Assembly: GCF_963921235.1 (NCBI RefSeq)
Contig: NW_026948187.1
Coordinates: 6,882,001-6,946,000, forward strand
Length of the DNA: 64,000 bases
DNA from: Mobula hypostoma
Lineage: Eukaryota
Reading direction: 5' to 3'
The notes beneath the pieces are model-generated. The model had not been told where the DNA came from. It ran no database searches and saw only the letters and a program-made list of their open reading frames with translations. Of this stretch, positions 60,621 through 64,000 are shown piece by piece; positions within the stretch are counted from its first letter, which is position 1; each line of letters begins with the position of its first letter. The position numbers and the translations under genes were made by a program.

Positions 60621-62146
60621 CCCTCCACAGCCCCCTCCCCCACTATCACTGCTCTCTTACTATTTCCCGTCGGTCACAGCGTACGTAAAGCCTAATATAA
60701 CCTCATGGATTAATATCAGCTATTTTATGTCTTTGTATTTATTGTTTCTGTTCATTATTATTGTTCTGCTCTTTATATCGGTCCGGACTTGCAATTGTTT
60801 CGTTCTCCTTTACACTGGTGTGCAGGATATGACATTCCTTGACAGCTCGTTCCACATTCCCAACGGCCTCCGCATGAAAAGTGTATCACCCCATGTCTGA
60901 CTTCAACCTTCCCCCTCTCGCTTCAACCCTGTGTCCGTTCGCTCTAAACAGCCTCATCGCCGCAACACGACAACGATCAACCACCTCATCACTTCTCCTC
61001 GGAAACTTGTAAGCTGCGAGAAGGCTACTTTCGCAAACTCCATCTTAAAACAACCTGAGCCGTCTGCAATCTTTCCTTAGAACTCTCGTACTCCAGCTGT
61101 AAATTGATTTATTGATCATTACAGAACATCTCCCTGGTGCTTCCCTTCTCAACTATCTCTCTTCCCCTTTTCCCAACAATGATTCCCCTTTCTCTCTCCC
61201 CTTCCCACTACCATCCCAGTAAAAAGACCCGGATCAGAATCACATTTACCATAAATCACATATGTCAATTTGTTTATTTCGGCAGCAGTACAGTACAGTA
61301 TATAAAATTACTGCAGTATTGTGTAAATGTCTTCAGCCCCCTAGTTATACATCGGGACAGCGTGAGACTATCGCACTGTACTGATGTTCACCATATTCTT
61401 CGACAAGGCAGTCGGTACAGGAGCCTTAGGTCTGAAACACCCGCCCGGCGTGGATATCTTCACACCTCAAGACTGAACTAATTCCACAGTGTATGGATTC
61501 ACTTTCCAACTCGTGTTCTTATCAAATGTACTTGTTTTTATTATTTGCACGATTTGCCGTATTTCTTTTCATCGTGTGTACCTTCACCTTTCTGGGAATG
61601 CCCGCATTAAAGCGAAATTTGTATTTCGCTCATTGGTGGTCGGTTCTATGTGCGTTCCTGCCGCTGGGTGGCGTTCGCTGCACAGGAATAGCCCTTCGAG
61701 TCTGCCAGCTCGCAACCGCCGAGCTACGCGGTGAAGTGGTTGCTTCCCCGGTGAACCGCTTCCCCAAATCGCACGCACAACTGCCGTGCTCCTTACCGGG
61801 CATCTGCAACACCACCGGTCTTGCTTTCGCCGTTGAACGGTGCAGAACTTCGTGCTATCCCATCCCAATCCCGTTACAAGTTTGGCGTCATCACGCTGGA
61901 AAGGAAACAAAAAGGGATTGAGGGAAATGCGACTTGGACAGCGAAGAACTTCAGATTACGTTAACCGGAAAATTAATCTTTATATTTCCAACTGTGCCAA
62001 ACAGCCAGAAACTTTCAAACCTGATGAAAGGGGCGATCTTGAGATCCCATAACTTGCTACTATTTCAGACCTTATCCAGCAGTGACCCTGGTATACAGCA
62101 AATCAATGACCACAGCAGCCAACTCAAGTTCCCGCCGCGGTTGCTC

Positions 62147-62156
62147 AGTGACGTCA
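62147..62156 (+). promoter_or_regulatory. Perfect V-beta promoter decamer (CRE)
   Basis: AGTGACGTCA followed by a GC box and a leader ATG at 62268. Confidence 0.75.
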
Positions 62157-62267
62157 GGTGTAATTGTCAGAGGGAGGGGCGGGGCTTCGGGGTGTCTCCC
62201 GTGACGCGTTGAGCTCAAGCGGATTCCCGAACCTTCTCCGCTGTGGAGAGGACGGACGGACGCGGAG

Positions 62268-62304
62268 ATGTTCCTGCTGTTGCAGTTATTGTTCTGGTTT
62301 CACG
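62268..62304 (+). other. TRBV30-like leader exon, plus strand; V exon not found in the window
   Basis: MFLLLQLLFWFH+G|GTAAGG. Same length and phase as the V20 leader. Confidence 0.75.
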
Positions 62305-62687
62305 GTAAGGGACGGGATCAGTTTATGAATGGTTTTCGGAACCAGATTTCATTACTTTTTTCTATACTTCTTGCATCTCTGTATCGACCCTGTCACTACC
62401 AAACGAGTCCACGGCGACAGAGAGAGCGAGGGGCTTTGAGGCGGCTGCAGTCCATGGGTCCGATCGGGAAAATGAGCAGTAATTAACAGAAACTGAGAGG
62501 CGGAGTGAGATTTTATCTAACTTAAACGAACGCCCGCTCGGTTCAGACCGCCTGTCAGAGAGATGTTCACCTTCAACCTTGTCGATGAGCGTATAGAACC
62601 CTGTAATGCTACCCCTTGGACCTCCGACTCTCAGGAGAAGTACCCTCATCAAGGGCCAGCGCATCATCAGCGAACGAACTGACTCTA

Positions 62688-62701
62688 CTGCCCCCTGCTG
62701 T
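62688..62701 (-). promoter_or_regulatory. CTCF-like motif
   Basis: ACAGCAGGGGGCAG. Confidence 0.6.
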
Positions 62702-62949
62702 TGTATCAATCACCAATGCCTGAGAGTAAAGCGGTCAAAGTTCTCGCTGAGTCGGATCAAAACTGAGAAAATTATTGAGAGAAATTTGCTGTTTTCAAAG
62801 GTCGGTGGTATCGCCGACAGTTCCTCCGACCTGGGAGGCTCAGCATTTAAATTTCAAATTAAATTTAGCATTATCTTACGTATGTGTCACCGTGTACTAC
62901 CCGCGATTTATTTTCTTGCCGGCATGCACGGAAGCACCGGCAAATACGA

Positions 62950-64000
62950 CAGAACTTAAGCTGGAGGCCAGTTAGTCTGACCTTAGTGGTTGGGAAGATG
63001 TTGTCGTCGGTTATTGAGGATGAGGTCCGAGTGTACTTGGGGAAACCTGATAAAATAGGACGTAGTCAGCATGGTTTCCTCGAGGGAAATCTTGCCTGAC
63101 AACTTTCTGGGAATTCCGAAAGAAATAACAAGCGGGATAAGCAAAAAAGAAAATGTCAAGGCGACTGGAAAATAAAAGCAAGGATGTGATGTTGAGGTTT
63201 TATAAAGCACTGGTGAGGCCAACCTTGGAGTATTGTGAGCAGTTTAGGGCAGCTTATCTTAGATAGGATGTGCTTATATTGGAGAGGGTTCACAGAATAT
63301 TAACGACGACAATTCAAGGAATGAAAGGGTTAACATATGAGGAGCGTTTGATAGCTCCGGGCCTGTACTTGCTGGAGTTTAGACGAATGAGTGGGGACCT
63401 CATTGAAACCTATCGAATATTGAAAGGCGCAAACACGACGTAATCTGCAGATGCTGGAAATACAAGCAGCACACACAGAAACGCTGGTGAACGCAGCAGG
63501 CCAGGCAGCATCTGTAGGAAGCGGTACAGACGAAGGGTCTGGGCCCGAAACGTCAACTGTACCTCTCCTGATACATGCTGCCTGGCCTGCTGCGTTCACC
63601 AGTAATTTTTGTGAATATTGAAAGACCTAGTTAGCGTGGATGTGGAGAGGATGTTTCCTACACTGGGAGAAATAGAGAGGCTACCAAACCACAGGATCAG
63701 AAGAGTGGACAGAGAAGTGTAAGATGGAGTACAGTGTCGGTATGTGTATGGCCATGCATCTTGGCAGAAGAAATGAAATTGTAGACTATTTTCTGAAGGA
63801 GAGGATATGCCAAAAAGCTGAGGCGCAAAGGGACTTCACAGCCATTGCGCAGGATTCATGAAAAATTCATTTAGGCGCATTCTGTGGTGAGGGAGGCACA
63901 TGCGATGATAGCATTTATTTCAAGAGTACAAGAATACAAATGCCAGAATATAATGTGGCCCACTTCATGAAGAGCCAGCGAGGCCTCATTTGGAGTACCG
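62950..64000 (+). mobile_element. CR1-clade LINE fragments
   Basis: RPVSLTLVVGKML..GRSQHGFLEGNLA; ggtgaggccaaccttggagtattgtgagcag..ggagagggttcacaga. Confidence 0.8.
63427..63612. mobile_element. Foldback Penelope-like pLTR insertion with 12-bp TSD
   Basis: Inverted arms about 63483-63529 and 63557-63602. GAATATTGAAAG at 63415-63426 and 63613-63624. Confidence 0.8.

Noticed and set aside
5580-63610. Repeated gctggtgaacgcagcaggccaggcagc units as a CRISPR-like array
   Set aside because: Dispersed, both orientations, no regular spacers; explained as Penelope pLTR fragments in a vertebrate genome
1-64000. D, J or C segments, or IgH/IgL/IgNAR multicluster organisation
   Set aside because: No 12-RSS-flanked D, no FGxG J with donor and no C exon seen. 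Tandem 23-RSS Vs ending CAxSS/CAWS fit a translocon TRB locus.

Overview
Part of a cartilaginous-fish T-cell receptor beta (TRB) variable-gene cluster. The repeat content suggests a batoid/ray, which is an inference. I can parse 21 V segments (numbered V1-V21 locally). About 13 look functional (phase-1 leader exon, open V exon, 23-bp-spacer RSS); the rest are ORF-only, splice-defective, truncated or frameshifted. Twenty lie on the minus strand and one (V20, 54978-55653) is inverted. There are three V types: a large CA(C)SS family, a five-member family resembling mammalian TRBV30 (mostly CAWS), and one outlier (V11) with IgH/TCR-delta/gamma-like features and an extra cysteine pair. No D, J or C segment is seen. 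Regulatory structure: a CTCF-type motif 39-42 bp behind every RSS of the large family, uniform CTCF-motif polarity across the window, and ETS-CRE/V-beta-decamer promoters. Several promoter+leader modules have lost their V exon. Intergenic DNA is segmental duplication, microsatellites, five N-gaps and TEs: CR1, L1-like, Rex1/Babar-like, a Tc1 derivative, and Penelope-like remnants carrying minimal hammerhead ribozymes, two of them as foldback insertions with target-site duplications.
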